From Candidatus Tayloriibacteriota bacterium (GTDB taxonomy: Bacteria; Patescibacteriota; Minisyncoccia; Phycocordibacterales; UBA6065): a stretch of DNA of 60,547 nucleotides. The translations under genes and the position numbers were made by a program. Every line of letters starts with the position of its first letter. Position 1 is the first letter of the stretch. Below the pieces are notes generated by a model. That model was not told the DNA's origin and ran no database searches. It saw only the letters and a list, made by a program, of their open reading frames with translations. The stretch lies in contig JACRJQ010000002.1 of NCBI GenBank assembly GCA_016215405.1, forward strand, positions 125,597 through 186,143, in the 5' to 3' direction. Shown one piece after another: positions 1 to 14,211 of the stretch.

Positions 1-705
1 CCTGAGAGGGGCGCCTTTGATGATCTCTAATATCTCGTCGTCCGAATCGGTGATGCGGAATATCTTCTCGTCACCCGGAGTGATGGTCTGGAAATCGTCG
101 CGGAGGGAGTTCGAAAGCGTCTCTACGTGCGACCAGAAATCCTTGCCGACGCAGATTATAGGGACTTTCGGTATCTTACGCGTCTGTATGAGCGTCACAA
201 GCTCGAAGAATTCGTCCATGGTGCCGTATCCGCCCGGGACGAATACGTAGACCTCGGCAGAGAACGACAGCGCGACCTTTCGGATGAAGAAATAATAGAA
301 GCGGATGTTCGCGGTGAGGTATTCGTTCATCTTCTGCTCGTGCGGAAGGATGATGTTCATGCCGATCGATTTTCCGCCGGCCTCGTAAGCGCCCCTGTTA
401 CCGGCCTCCATGATGCCAGGACCTCCGCCCGTGACGACGGCATAACCCGTCTCAGAGACTATCCTTTTCGCGAGGTTTCGGGCCCTCTCATAATAAGGGT
501 GTCCTTCTGTAAAGCGCGCCGAACCGAAGAAAGATACGGAACGCGGGTAGTTCTTTATGAATCTGAACGTCTGGCGGAACTCGTTATTGATAGTCGCCAT
601 CCTTCTGCGCGCCCCTTCCTTGAGCTCTTTATGCGCGAGCTCATGGCTCGTAAGCCTCGAATCTCCCGATGGTGAGCCTTTCTTTTTCCAGATCTTTCCT
701 AGCAT
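1..705 (-). CDS. LOG family (TIGR00730-like) nucleotide-binding protein, 3' end runs off the window
   Basis: Manual minus-strand translation from ATG at 705 is open to base 1 and contains SVSFFGSAR, TGGGPGIMEAGN and PGGYGTMDEFFE, the LOG-family motifs. Absent from the ORF track because there is no stop inside the window. Confidence 0.9.
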   Translation of the reverse strand, partial: MLGKIWKKKGSPSGDSRLTSHELAHKELKEGARRRMATINNEFRQTFRFIKNYPRSVSFFGSARFTEGHPYYERARNLAKRIVSETGYAVVTGGGPGIMEAGNRGAYEAGGKSIGMNIILPHEQKMNEYLTANIRFYYFFIRKVALSFSAEVYVFVPGGYGTMDEFFELVTLIQTRKIPKVPIICVGKDFWSHVETLSNSLRDDFQTITPGDEKIFRITDSDDEILEIIKGAPLR

Positions 706-797
706 GCTGTTTTCTCGTTTGTTGATAAGGGAATGCCGTTTTGCCTCGATAGTATAGTACAATATCGGAGCATTAGCATCAGTTATATCGTGAAATT

Positions 798-1316
798 ATG
801 AGAAAATTCAGCATGCGCGAATGGATCGCGGTGGCGGTAGCGGTCGTCGCGGCGGCATTCATGTTCTTCGGAGACAATGTCTGGAAGATCTTCACGGGAA
901 CCGAGGAGATAGCGAATAACCTCCAGGCGCCCCTTACAAACGCGACGGATAACCAAAGGCAGACGGCAGAATCTATGCAGAATATATCTACTACTCCAGG
1001 GCTCGAGATATACGACCTCCAGCCAGGAACCGGCGCAGAGGCGGTCGCAGGCAAAACGGTCACCGCCCATTACGTAGGCACGCTCGCCGACGGCACGAAA
1101 TTCGATTCGTCGCTCGATCGCGGGGAGCCGTTCTCGTTCACCCTCGGCGCGGGCCAGGTCATCCAGGGATGGGATCTCGGCATACAGGGCATGAAGATAG
1201 GCTCTGTCCGAAGGCTCGTCATCGCTCCGGAGCTCGGCTACGGAGACAGGGCGATCGGACCGATCCCAGCAGGATCGACCCTGGTATTCGAAGTCCAGCT
1301 CCTCGACGTCAAATAG
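798..1316 (+). CDS. FKBP-type peptidyl-prolyl cis-trans isomerase with N-terminal membrane anchor
   Basis: [48 protein letters not shown]; hydrophobic N-terminus. Confidence 0.95.
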   Translation: MRKFSMREWIAVAVAVVAAAFMFFGDNVWKIFTGTEEIANNLQAPLTNATDNQRQTAESMQNISTTPGLEIYDLQPGTGAEAVAGKTVTAHYVGTLADGTKFDSSLDRGEPFSFTLGAGQVIQGWDLGIQGMKIGSVRRLVIAPELGYGDRAIGPIPAGSTLVFEVQLLDVK

Positions 1317-1334
1317 GCTGCGGACGGTATCGAG

Positions 1335-1360
1335 AAAGCGGCCCTCATGGGCCGCTTTTT
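1335..1360 (+). terminator. Rho-independent terminator after the FKBP gene
   Basis: AAAGCGGCCC-TCAT-GGGCCGCTTT followed by T run. Confidence 0.8.
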
Positions 1361-1361
1361 C

Positions 1362-1389
1362 TTGACGTGGATGATTTTCGTGTTAAAAT
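1362..1389 (+). promoter_or_regulatory. sigma70-type promoter for the 1404 ORF
   Basis: TTGACG-16 nt-TAAAAT, with TG forming an extended -10. Confidence 0.65.
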
Positions 1390-1403
1390 CAAAAACGAAA
1401 CAT

Positions 1404-1835
1404 ATGCAGACCTGTCTTGCTCCAATTGAAACAATCACTATCGGGAAATTCGTCCTCTCTGCGCCGAAAAATCGGCTCGAGCTCGTCTCTTCCCTGTTCG
1501 CTCGCTACCACAAAGCCCTCAATATCGAGCTCGTATCCGGCACTCGAGAGGAGATGGTGAATCTCTCGTGGCCCAGCTACCTGAAGCTTCAAAAAGAGGA
1601 GCCTCGGCTCGTCGCCCTCCTCGAGGCCTTGGGGATACTCTCGGCCGAAGCCGCAGGGAACTTCGAGATCGTCCTTACTCCCCCGGGAGGAAGCAAAAGG
1701 ACGCTCGATGTCTTCCTCGTCGACGGCCGCAAGGGATATTTCACCACATTCCTCTACGCGACCCTCTACGACGTCCATACGACCGGAGGATGCTCGGAGT
1801 TCTTCCAGCACCCTGCTGGCGCGACAGCGAGTTGA
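1404..1835 (+). CDS. hypothetical protein (143 aa)
   Basis: ORF between a predicted promoter and a bidirectional terminator; ATG at 1404 preferred over the longer ORF-track start. No recognised motif. Confidence 0.6.
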   Translation: MQTCLAPIETITIGKFVLSAPKNRLELVSSLFARYHKALNIELVSGTREEMVNLSWPSYLKLQKEEPRLVALLEALGILSAEAAGNFEIVLTPPGGSKRTLDVFLVDGRKGYFTTFLYATLYDVHTTGGCSEFFQHPAGATAS

Positions 1836-1884
1836 ATCCAGAGCCTTTCCAGCGGCGCTCATCAGAGCGCCGCTTGTTTTATAT

Positions 1885-1914
1885 GGAAAAGCCGCGCGTG
1901 AGCGCGGCTTTTCC
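1885..1914. terminator. bidirectional intrinsic terminator between the 1404 ORF and rpoD
   Basis: GGAAAAGCCGCGC-GTGA-GCGCGGCTTTTCC. Confidence 0.8.
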
Positions 1915-1918
1915 CTTC

Positions 1919-3151
1919 CTAGTAGTTCTTGAGCTGGTTTATCTTCTCGTGCTGCCTGATCTTTTCGTGAGCCTTCGCCTCGATCTGGCGGATTCGCTCT
2001 CGGGTGACGCCGAACTCCTTTCCCACCTCCTCGAGGGTATGGGTGATGCCGTCGTTGAGCCCGTGGCGCATCTCGAGGATCTTGCGTTCCTTAGGCGAAA
2101 GGTCGTCAAGGATGCCTTTAACCTGATCCGAGAGGATGCGTCGCGAGGACTCTTGGTCTGGCGAGAGTATCTTGTCGTCCGAAAGGAAGTCGCCGAGCGT
2201 GGATTTTCCGTCGTCGCCGTCGTCCCCCACCGGAGATTCGAGGGAGACCGTGTCCTGGTCGATCTTCTCGATCTGATAGACCTTGTCTACGTCGAGGCCC
2301 ATCTCGGTAGCTATCTCGTCAGGAAGCGGGTCTCGTCCGAGGTCCTGCGAGAGCCTGCGCACCACTTGCTTGTATTTCGCGATCGTCTCTACCATATGTA
2401 CCGGCACGCGGATGGTTCGAGACTGGTCTGCGAGCGCGCGGGTGATCGCCTGGCGGATCCACCACGTCGCGTACGTCGAGAACTTATAGCCTTTCGTCCA
2501 ATCGAACTTGTCGACCGCCTTGAAGAGGCCCAGATTCCCTTCTTGGATGAGGTCGAGCAGGGTGAGGTCGGCGGAGCGTCCTACGTATTTCTTCGCTATG
2601 GATACGACGAGCCTAAGGTTCGCCTTTGCGAGGAGACCCTTCGCCTCTTCGTCGCCTGCTTCGATGCGGCGGGCGAGCTCCTTCTCCATCGCCGCGGAGA
2701 CGAGAGGATACTGCCCGATCTCCTTGAGGTACATCTGGATGGAATCGTACGATGACTCGCTTCCCATCCTGCCGAAGCCGTATTTCTTGCCGCTCTCCTT
2801 TTCTGGAGGCTCGAGGTCGAGCATTCCGCCCGATTCGAGGACGTCTACGCCCGCGCCGGAAAGCTTCTGATACAGCTCGTCGAGGAACATGATATCGTCT
2901 TCGATCGTCGGGAATTCCTTGAGGATCTCATCATAGGTGACGAAGCCCCTCTCCTTTCCCTTAGAGACGAGCCTTTCCGCCTTCTTGGCCGCTTCGCGAG
3001 CCTTGTCCTTGGCTTTCTGGGATACCGGCTTTCCCTTGCTCGAAGCCTTCGTCGCCTTTTTAGACGGCTTTGGGGCCGTCTTGCGCGAAGCCTTCTTATT
3101 TTTCTGGTTCCCCGCCTTTGCGAGGACCTGTTTTGGCTGCTTTTTCGACAT
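1919..3151 (-). CDS. rpoD: primary sigma factor sigma-70 (RpoD/SigA)
   Basis: Region 1.1 (RGFVTYDEI), [56 protein letters not shown]. Confidence 0.98.
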   Translation of the reverse strand: MSKKQPKQVLAKAGNQKNKKASRKTAPKPSKKATKASSKGKPVSQKAKDKAREAAKKAERLVSKGKERGFVTYDEILKEFPTIEDDIMFLDELYQKLSGAGVDVLESGGMLDLEPPEKESGKKYGFGRMGSESSYDSIQMYLKEIGQYPLVSAAMEKELARRIEAGDEEAKGLLAKANLRLVVSIAKKYVGRSADLTLLDLIQEGNLGLFKAVDKFDWTKGYKFSTYATWWIRQAITRALADQSRTIRVPVHMVETIAKYKQVVRRLSQDLGRDPLPDEIATEMGLDVDKVYQIEKIDQDTVSLESPVGDDGDDGKSTLGDFLSDDKILSPDQESSRRILSDQVKGILDDLSPKERKILEMRHGLNDGITHTLEEVGKEFGVTRERIRQIEAKAHEKIRQHEKINQLKNY

Positions 3152-3159
3152 GTATCCTA

Positions 3160-4887
3160 TTATAGCCTAGTTATTAACCTCCTTATCTCCTGCTTCCTCG
3201 TAGTGAATGCTTGTATGCTCTTCATGATGCCCTCGACGTCCTCTTTCCCCTTCTCGGCTTTATGGAGCGCCATGGTCGCGTCCTCTAGCCTTTTATTTAG
3301 ATATTCCTCTTCGAGCGTCAGAAGGAGCATCTTGTATTCCTTCTCGATATCCGAATCTCCGTAGGTCACTTCCGCTTCGAGCGTGAGCTCGGCTAGGTCG
3401 TCGGACGAGAGGGTCTCGAATTCCTTCATCCTCGCCTCGCCCACCACCCCTTGAAGCTCCCTCTTCCTGTCGGCCCCTCCTTTCATGTATCGATTCGAGT
3501 AGAGTATCCCTAGAGCTTTCCTTTCGATCGACTCGAGCCGATCGAGCCTCCTCGAAGGCGGCCCCTCGGCCTTACCGAACGAGGATTGCGCGCCGCCCGG
3601 CCTGTTCTTCTTTACGTATTCCTGGAGATCCTTCCATAGCGCGTCCTCGGAGAGCGCGAGCCTGTCCGCTATCTTCTTTATCGCTTGGAAGCGCGGCGTA
3701 TCGTCCGGGATCGCAGCGACATACGGGAAGAGATCCTCCTTGACGGTCTTCGCCACCGCGGCAGGAGACGCGTTCGAATCCTTTATAGCGTCCGCGAGGT
3801 ATTCGATGAAGTCTTTCTTAGATTCGAGGGCTTTCGTCCAGTCTTTCGGATTCGCTTTTATGATATCGGCAGGGTCCTTCCCTCCCTTGATATCTACGAT
3901 CTTCACGTTCATTCCGAGCGCTATCGCGGGAACGATCCTCTTCACAGCCTTCTGCCCCGCCGCATCGGAATCGAACGCGACCACGATATTATCAGAGAGC
4001 CTCGTGAGGAGGCCGAACGCGGAATCGGCGCCTCGGTCTTCGGTGAACGCGGTCCCCGATGCCGCGACGGTGTTCGTAAAGCCTGCCTGATGCGACATGA
4101 CGAGGTCCATTTGGCCTTCGACGAGAATCGAGTAGTCCCGTTTCCTGATATCCGACTTCGCCTTGTCGAGGCCGTAAAGCGTCTTCGACTTGCTGTACAG
4201 GGCGGTCTCGGGACTATTGAGGTATTTGGGCGATTTTCCGTCGTCTACGACGATGCGGCCGGTGAACGCGACCACGCGGCCAGAGGTGTCGGATATCGGG
4301 AACATGATCCGTCCGCGGAATACGTCGTAATAAGGGTCCCCTCCGGGCTTATCGGTCTTCTTTATGAGACCGACTGCTTCGACGTCTGCGTCTCTGTAGC
4401 CTTTCGAGGCGAGATAGGATCGGAGCTGTCGCCAATCGTTCGGCGCATACCCGACCCTGAAGCTCGAGAGAGTGCTTTCAGAGAGACCTCTCCCGAGGGC
4501 GTATGCCTTTGCGTGCTTCTCCTCCTCGATCTTCTGTTCGAAATATTCCGTCGCCTTCTCGAGTATCTCGTAGAGGAGCTCTTTCCTGTTATCGGTCTTC
4601 ACTACCCTGTCGAGGACGACTCCGGCCCTTTCGGCGAGCACCTTGAGGGCGCCCATGAAATCGAGGCCCTCGAACTTCTCGACGAAGGTGAATATGTCGC
4701 CCTTCGCGCCGCAACCGAAGCAGTAGAACGAGCCTCGCTCCGGAGACACGTAGAAAGACGGGGTCTTCTCGTTGTGGAACGGGCATCGCGCCTTATAGTT
4801 CGCTCCTGACTTATCGAGCTTTATATAGGAGGACACGACCGCCGCTACGTCGAGCCTATCCTTTATCTCTTGGACATGGGTGCTCAC
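3160..4887 (-). CDS. dnaG: DNA primase
   Basis: [15 protein letters not shown] zinc finger, [21 protein letters not shown] and FDSDAAG. Confidence 0.97.
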   Translation of the reverse strand: MSTHVQEIKDRLDVAAVVSSYIKLDKSGANYKARCPFHNEKTPSFYVSPERGSFYCFGCGAKGDIFTFVEKFEGLDFMGALKVLAERAGVVLDRVVKTDNRKELLYEILEKATEYFEQKIEEEKHAKAYALGRGLSESTLSSFRVGYAPNDWRQLRSYLASKGYRDADVEAVGLIKKTDKPGGDPYYDVFRGRIMFPISDTSGRVVAFTGRIVVDDGKSPKYLNSPETALYSKSKTLYGLDKAKSDIRKRDYSILVEGQMDLVMSHQAGFTNTVAASGTAFTEDRGADSAFGLLTRLSDNIVVAFDSDAAGQKAVKRIVPAIALGMNVKIVDIKGGKDPADIIKANPKDWTKALESKKDFIEYLADAIKDSNASPAAVAKTVKEDLFPYVAAIPDDTPRFQAIKKIADRLALSEDALWKDLQEYVKKNRPGGAQSSFGKAEGPPSRRLDRLESIERKALGILYSNRYMKGGADRKRELQGVVGEARMKEFETLSSDDLAELTLEAEVTYGDSDIEKEYKMLLLTLEEEYLNKRLEDATMALHKAEKGKEDVEGIMKSIQAFTTRKQEIRRLITRL

Positions 4888-4961
4888 TGGGTTTGTTCCC
4901 TAATTACCTACAAGCTTACACCAAAGGCAAAACCTCCGCTTTCAAGCGAAGGCGATCGCCC

Positions 4962-8642
<3,681 letters not shown>

Positions 8643-8667
8643 AGTAGTTTTCTTAAGTTATGGGAGA

Positions 8668-11600
8668 TTACTTCTTCTTGGTAATATCCTTGCCGTCTTT
8701 TCTCAGTTCGACGTCGAGCGCGAGGCCCCTGAGAGAGTTGAGAAGCACGTGGAACGAAGCCGGGATGTTAGGCTGCTGGAGCTTTTCGCCCTTCACTATC
8801 GAGTCGAAAGCCGCAGACCTTCCCTGGATGTCGTCCGACTTTATGGTGAGGATCTCGCGGAGGGTATGAGCGACTCCGTGACCGAGGAGCGCCCAGACTT
8901 CCATTTCTCCGAACCTCTGGCCTCCTCCCTGGGCCTTTCCGCCGAGAGGCTGCTGGGTGATGAGAGAGTACGGACCGATAGATCGCATGTGGATCTTGTC
9001 CTCCACCATGTGATGGAGCTTCAAGATATACATGTAGCCCACCGAGATGTCCTGCTGGAACTTGTCGCCGGTGCGTCCGTCGTAGAGAGGCATCTTACCG
9101 TTCTCTGGAAGGCCCGCCTTCTTGAGCTCTGCCTTTATCTCGACGTCGGTAGCGCCCGCGAACGGAGGCACGATCGCCTGATAGTTGAGGGTGTTAGCCG
9201 CGAGGCCGAGGTGGAGCTCGAGTATCTGTCCGAGGTTCATACGGGATGGGACGCCCAAAGGAGTGAGGATGACGTCGATAGGGGTACCGTCGGCCATGTA
9301 AGGCATATCCTCCTCGGGAAGGATGCGCGAGATGACGCCCTTGTTGCCGTGTCGGCCTGCGAGCTTGTCGCCTACAGAGACCGTTCGCAGCTGGGCCACC
9401 TCGACGTGGATCCTCTTTATGATGCCCGATTCGAGCTTGTCTCCCTTCTCGCGAGAGAAGACCTTGACCGAGATGACGCGGCCTCGCTTGCCTCCTTCCA
9501 TTCGCTTGGAGGTGTCTTTGACGTCACGGGCCTTCTCGCCGAAGATCGACCTGAGGAGCCTCTCTTCAGGAGTGAGCTGGGTCTCGCCCTTTGGCGTGAT
9601 CTTTCCGACGAGGATGTCGCCGGAGCGAACCTCTGCGCCGATGCGGATGATGCCGTCTTCGTCGAGGTTGCGGAGCTTGCCCTCGCCCACGTTAGGGATG
9701 TCGTGAGTGGTGACTTCGGGACCGAGCTTCGTGTCGCGGACGTTTACGACGAATTCCTCGATGTGGATAGAGGTGAACTTCGAGTTCTTTACGACGCGCT
9801 CGGAGAGGATGATTGCGTCTTCGTAGTTAGCGCCGGACCAAGACATGAACGCGACGAGCATGTTCTGTCCGAGAGCGATCTGGCCTCCGTCGGACGACGA
9901 CGCGTCGACGAGGACCTCGCCCTTCTTTACCTTCTGGCCGAGCGATACGACAGGGCGCTGGTGATACGCAGTGAAGCCGTTCGTCCTTTGGAACGAGACG
10001 AGCTTGTATACGGTCTCTTTGCCCTTTCCGTTCTTGAACACGACCTTATTGGCGTCTACGCCCGAGATGGTGCCGTCTTCTGGGGCGAGGACGATGCGGC
10101 CGGAATACTCAGCCGCCTTCGCCTCGATGCCGGTGGCCACGAGCGGAGCCTCAGGGATGATGCACGGGGTCGCCTGCTTTTGCATGTTCGAACCCATGAG
10201 CGCTCGGTTCGCGTCGTCATGGTTGAGGAACGGGATCATGTTCGTCGCGATGGAGAACGCCTGGTTCGTCGAGACGTCGATGAAATCGACTTCGTCGCGA
10301 TGCTTCATCGCAGGGCCGCCGTTCTGACGGATCTCAGCGAACTCGTCGCTTATCTTGCCGTCCCTGTCATACGGGGTAGCGGCGTGGGCGATGCGATAGC
10401 TCTCTTCCTCGAGGGCGTTGAGGTAGACGATCTCCTTGGTGACCTTGCCGTTCTTCACGCGGGCATACGGCGTCTCGATCATGCCGAAATCGTTGAGGCG
10501 AGCGTAGGTGGAAAGGCGGAGGATGAGGCCGATGTTAGGGCCTTCAGGAGTGTGGATCGGGCAAAGGCGTCCGTAGTGGGAAGGATGGACGTCGCGAACT
10601 TCGAAGCCCGCGCGCTCTCGCGTGAGACCGCCTGGGCCGAGGGCCGAGAGGGTACGAAGATGCTCGAGCTCGGTGAGGATGTTCTCCTGCTGCATGAACT
10701 GCGAAAGCTGGTTCGTCGTGAAGAACTCCTTGAGTCGGGCCTGGAGAGGCCTTGGGGATACGAAGGTGAGGGGCTGGGTCGTGTCAGGCTCGATGGTCGA
10801 CATCCTGTCCTGGATGTTTCGCTTCATCTGAGAGAGGCCGACGCGGAGCTTCTGCTGCATGAGCTCGCCTACGTATCGGACGCGGCGCGATCCGAGATGG
10901 TCGATATCGTCTTCGACGGCGTCGAGCTTGTTGTTGAGATGGATGATGTTGCCTATGATCGTTGCGAGATCCTCGGAGTCGATAGTCTTCTTCTCGAGCG
11001 ATTTCTCGTCCATAGGCTTCTGGAAGCGCTTGTTGAAGCGGAAGCGGCCGACGTTCGAGAGGTCGTATCGGTCTTTGTTGAAGAGCCCGTTTATGAACTC
11101 GCGGGCGTTATCCGCCGTAGCGAGGTCGCCGTCGCGGAGCTTCTTGTGGATCTCTATGTAGGCGTCGTTTAGAGTCTTTGCAGGGTCCTTGGCGAGAGAG
11201 GCAGCGATGACTTTTTGAGCGATCTCGTCGCCCTTGAAGGCCGCAAGCATCTCCTCGTCGGTCTTGTAGCCGAGCACGCGCAAAAGCGTCGTCACCATGA
11301 ACTTTCGCTTTCGGTCGATTCGAGCGTAGATGGTGCCGTCGTTATCGGTCTCGATCTCGAGCCATACTCCGCGAGCCGGGATGACCTTGGCGCCGAAGAC
11401 CGTCTTGCCTTTGACCTCGTCGGAGGTGAAGAATACGCCGAAAGAGCGCGCGAGCTGGGGAACGATCACGCGTTCGATTCCGTTTATGATGAACGTTCCG
11501 TGGGACGTCATCAACGGGAAGTCTGCGAGGAAGATCTCCTGCTCCTTCTCCGAATTAAAAGTCTTGTTCTTGAGCTTGATGCGGACCTTGAGGGGCGCTT

Positions 11601-11847
11601 CGTACGAGAGTTTGTTGTCCTTGGCGTAATGCTCGTCGTACTTAGGCTCGGAGAGCTCGAATCCCGTGAACGAGAGCTCGAACTTCTTCTCCGAGTAGTC
11701 CTTGATCGGCGAGAACTCCTGGAAAAGGTCGGCGAGACCCTTCTCCACGAGCCACTTGAACGAATTCGTCTGCGCCTCTACGAGATCCGGGATCTCGGAG
11801 AGAGCCTCCTTCCATCGTCCGAAATACTTCTGTTCTCTTTGTGCCAT
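8668..11847 (-). CDS. rpoB: RNA polymerase beta subunit
   Basis: GDKLAGRHGNKG, HYGRLCPIHTPEGPNIG, GQRFGEMEVWAL; start placed at the ATG of MAQREQKYF. Confidence 0.99.
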   Translation of the reverse strand: MAQREQKYFGRWKEALSEIPDLVEAQTNSFKWLVEKGLADLFQEFSPIKDYSEKKFELSFTGFELSEPKYDEHYAKDNKLSYEAPLKVRIKLKNKTFNSEKEQEIFLADFPLMTSHGTFIINGIERVIVPQLARSFGVFFTSDEVKGKTVFGAKVIPARGVWLEIETDNDGTIYARIDRKRKFMVTTLLRVLGYKTDEEMLAAFKGDEIAQKVIAASLAKDPAKTLNDAYIEIHKKLRDGDLATADNAREFINGLFNKDRYDLSNVGRFRFNKRFQKPMDEKSLEKKTIDSEDLATIIGNIIHLNNKLDAVEDDIDHLGSRRVRYVGELMQQKLRVGLSQMKRNIQDRMSTIEPDTTQPLTFVSPRPLQARLKEFFTTNQLSQFMQQENILTELEHLRTLSALGPGGLTRERAGFEVRDVHPSHYGRLCPIHTPEGPNIGLILRLSTYARLNDFGMIETPYARVKNGKVTKEIVYLNALEEESYRIAHAATPYDRDGKISDEFAEIRQNGGPAMKHRDEVDFIDVSTNQAFSIATNMIPFLNHDDANRALMGSNMQKQATPCIIPEAPLVATGIEAKAAEYSGRIVLAPEDGTISGVDANKVVFKNGKGKETVYKLVSFQRTNGFTAYHQRPVVSLGQKVKKGEVLVDASSSDGGQIALGQNMLVAFMSWSGANYEDAIILSERVVKNSKFTSIHIEEFVVNVRDTKLGPEVTTHDIPNVGEGKLRNLDEDGIIRIGAEVRSGDILVGKITPKGETQLTPEERLLRSIFGEKARDVKDTSKRMEGGKRGRVISVKVFSREKGDKLESGIIKRIHVEVAQLRTVSVGDKLAGRHGNKGVISRILPEEDMPYMADGTPIDVILTPLGVPSRMNLGQILELHLGLAANTLNYQAIVPPFAGATDVEIKAELKKAGLPENGKMPLYDGRTGDKFQQDISVGYMYILKLHHMVEDKIHMRSIGPYSLITQQPLGGKAQGGGQRFGEMEVWALLGHGVAHTLREILTIKSDDIQGRSAAFDSIVKGEKLQQPNIPASFHVLLNSLRGLALDVELRKDGKDITKKK

Positions 11848-12041
11848 GCAGGTTCTTATAAAAACCGGTCTCTCCCCCTCCCTTTGCTGCGCAGACGGCA
11901 AAAACGCAAAAATGCCTTTCAACTGAAGGCACTGGTCGTATTGGCGTAATCTACGAGATCTTTAGCAAGAGGTAAGGTTCGAAAACCCTTATAAATACTT
12001 CGTGTTTCCCCAGTAACACAATCTTGCTCGAAGTGGGGTAG

Positions 12042-12070
12042 ATACTACAGGAACGGCATCGAATCGTCAA
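12042..12070 (-). promoter_or_regulatory. probable rpoBC promoter
   Basis: Minus strand TTGACG (12070-12065)-17 nt-TAGTAT (12047-12042), about 190 nt upstream of the rpoB ATG. Confidence 0.6.
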
Positions 12071-12126
12071 TGTCTATCCGTCCTTCCTACCTCCGGGCCG
12101 GAATCCGAGTCCTCTTCTTTTAGCCG

Positions 12127-12202
12127 GTCCGCATTTTCCTCGCTCGATGACGCATGCGCCCTCGAAGACTCGGGTTTCTTTCTCGCTCGGAAAAATGCGG
12201 AC
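12127..12202. repeat. small inverted-repeat element (GTCCGCATTTT...AAAATGCGGAC), REP/MITE-like, copy 1
   Basis: 11-bp perfect terminal inverted repeat; left end matches the reverse complement of the right end of the 43555-43685 element at 17/18 nt. Confidence 0.6.
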
Positions 12203-12220
12203 TCGGCGGAGGGTTAAGAG

Positions 12221-12269
12221 AAAAAAAAAAGAAAAGAGCCCGGTTCGCGAAGCGAACCGGGCTCTTTTC
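12221..12269 (-). terminator. intrinsic terminator of the 12283 gene
   Basis: 18-bp stem GAAAAGAGCCCGGTTCGC-GAA-GCGAACCGGGCTCTTTTC next to A10 (a U tract on the minus strand). Confidence 0.85.
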
Positions 12270-12282
12270 TTCGCCTTAAGGC

Positions 12283-13110
12283 TTAGAGCGAGAATTCCGA
12301 GCCCACGATCGGGAGACCCTTGAAGGTGTAGATGGTGTTCGACTCGTCGTTCTTCATATGGCCCGTGACCTCTTCGACCACGATATGGAACCTGCCGCGG
12401 TCAGGGAACGGTCCGTTAACCTTAAACGAGAGCTCGTCGGACGCCGCATGCGCGACAAGCTTTGTGGTTATGGAAGCGTTGAGGGAATTCGAATCGGATA
12501 CGAGGTTCTGTTTCGACGACACGCCTATCGTCAGGTCGCCAGATCTCATCTCCTCAGAGACGACCCTCCATGTGACGCTGTCCACATACCAGAGGCCGAG
12601 CGATGCTGCCTCGCCTTTGACAGCCTCGATCGCGAGCAATTCAGTTCCCTGCCTTATGTTCTTAGGTTGAGAGAAGTTAGATGGAAGGTATGGGTAGGTC
12701 GCCGAAAACGACGGTACTTCGACCTTCTTTTGGACGGTCGTCGTGGCAGCAGGCTTTGTGGCAGGAGCTGGAGGGGTCGCTGTCGCTGTTGTAGTCGCCG
12801 CAGCCTTTACGACGGGCTTTGCCTGGACAGGCATGGCGGTTACAGGAGGTTTGGCGGCCGCAGGTAAAGGCTTCGTCGACGGATCGTCGGACTTTACAGG
12901 CGTGGTTGTCGCCCCAGAGAGCGTCGGCGACGAAGTCGCGGTCGAGACAGGCTCTGCCGGAGGAGCGTTTCGTATCTCCTTTTGAGGCTTTCGGAACCAT
13001 GAGAGCGGATTCCACCAAGCCGCGTCAGCCGCCTGAGGCGCCGCGAACGCGGCGACGAGGGCGAAGCCGAACAAGGCCACGACGTGTTTTTTCGTATATT
13101 TTGTCATCAT
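12283..13110 (-). CDS. secreted hypothetical protein with Pro/Ala/Thr-rich linker and beta-rich C-terminal domain
   Basis: Signal peptide (KKHVVALFGFALVAAFAAPQAADA), low-complexity PAT segment, TATAAT 6 nt upstream of the ATG. Confidence 0.75.
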   Translation of the reverse strand: MMTKYTKKHVVALFGFALVAAFAAPQAADAAWWNPLSWFRKPQKEIRNAPPAEPVSTATSSPTLSGATTTPVKSDDPSTKPLPAAAKPPVTAMPVQAKPVVKAAATTTATATPPAPATKPAATTTVQKKVEVPSFSATYPYLPSNFSQPKNIRQGTELLAIEAVKGEAASLGLWYVDSVTWRVVSEEMRSGDLTIGVSSKQNLVSDSNSLNASITTKLVAHAASDELSFKVNGPFPDRGRFHIVVEEVTGHMKNDESNTIYTFKGLPIVGSEFSL

Positions 13111-13157
13111 CCTTTGATTATATCTCGAAAACGGAGAAAAGATGCTACGCTGTTCAC

Positions 13158-13814
13158 ATGTATAAGAAGGCGAGGCTTCACTTTAAAAAGGCTGATCCGA
13201 GACTGTATAAGGCATCCCTCGAATTCGAGATAGCCGATTTGAAGCTCTCTGACGACCTGTTCCGCGACATCGTCTGGACGATCGTCGGCCAGCAGCTCTC
13301 GGGCAAAGCCGCGGACACCATATTCGAAAGATTTCAGAAGCTCTTGCCCGGAGGCAGGGTCGTTCCGGAAGAGATCCTCGAGCTCTCGGATGAGGAGATG
13401 AGGAGCGCTGGCCTATCGGGCGCGAAAGCGAGGGCGATCAGAGACCTATCGGAAAAAACGGCCTCTGGAGAACTCGACCTCCCAGCGCTCGCCTCTCTCT
13501 CGGACCTAGAAGTCGCCGCCCAGCTCGTCAAAGTAAAGGGCATAGGCCCCTGGACCGCGGAGATGATCCTTATGTTCTCCCTCGGAAGGACCGACGTGTT
13601 CTCGCTCGGCGACCTCGTGCTCCGTAAAGAGATCATGAATCTGCACGGCTGGAAGAAGCTCCCCGGCGAAAAAAGGCTTCAGAGCGCCCTCGCCCGCTGG
13701 TCTCCGTACCGTACGTACGCCGCAAGGATACTCTGGAAGATAGCCGATTCGAGGAAGAAGCGAGCCGCTCCGCCAAAGCGCGCGAAAAGCCGAAAAAAGG
13801 CTCGAAAAGCATAA
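13158..13814 (+). CDS. DNA-3-methyladenine glycosylase (AlkA/HhH-GPD family)
   Basis: IVGQQLSGKAA, HhH motif VKGIGPWTAEM, FSLGDLVLR, WSPYRTYAA; true start MYKK at 13158. Confidence 0.92.
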   Translation: MYKKARLHFKKADPRLYKASLEFEIADLKLSDDLFRDIVWTIVGQQLSGKAADTIFERFQKLLPGGRVVPEEILELSDEEMRSAGLSGAKARAIRDLSEKTASGELDLPALASLSDLEVAAQLVKVKGIGPWTAEMILMFSLGRTDVFSLGDLVLRKEIMNLHGWKKLPGEKRLQSALARWSPYRTYAARILWKIADSRKKRAAPPKRAKSRKKARKA

Positions 13815-13860
13815 AAAAGCGCCGCGACGGGCGCGGCGCTCGGCCGATACGGCCGAAAGA

Positions 13861-14172
13861 CTATGCCCTCTCAAGGGACGATGCGAGACGCAGGCTCTCT
13901 ATCGCGCCCTTAAGGGTCATGATCAGGAAGGCGAGCCCCGCAACCAGCGCACATTTTATGACGATATCCGTGTGCGCGAACGCAGCGACGAAGAAGCTCG
14001 TCACCGCTCGGATATCCACCAGGTCTGGCATATTCGCTATCACGTTCCCTACGGAGACGGTCGAGGCGATGATCGCGGTAGCCGCGACAAAGACGACGAA
14101 AGGCGCGGCGATCCTTCTCAAAAGGAAGATCGTCCGCACCTTCTTCATGACCTCGTTTCCAAGTAACGTCAT
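13861..14172 (-). CDS. small two-helix membrane protein, candidate anti-sigma factor
   Basis: Two hydrophobic segments; directly downstream of an ECF sigma gene. Confidence 0.6.
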   Translation of the reverse strand: MTLLGNEVMKKVRTIFLLRRIAAPFVVFVAATAIIASTVSVGNVIANMPDLVDIRAVTSFFVAAFAHTDIVIKCALVAGLAFLIMTLKGAIESLRLASSLERA

Positions 14173-14211
14173 ATCTATATGTTGCCGAGCCCCACGTCAG
14201 GCCCGTAAGTA

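Noticed and set aside
127-675. 182-aa plus-strand ORF
   Set aside because: Shadow of the minus-strand LOG-family gene, which carries clear motifs.
12221-12230. A10 homopolymer as a phase-variation tract
   Set aside because: It is the U tract of the adjacent terminator and is not in a coding region or promoter spacer.
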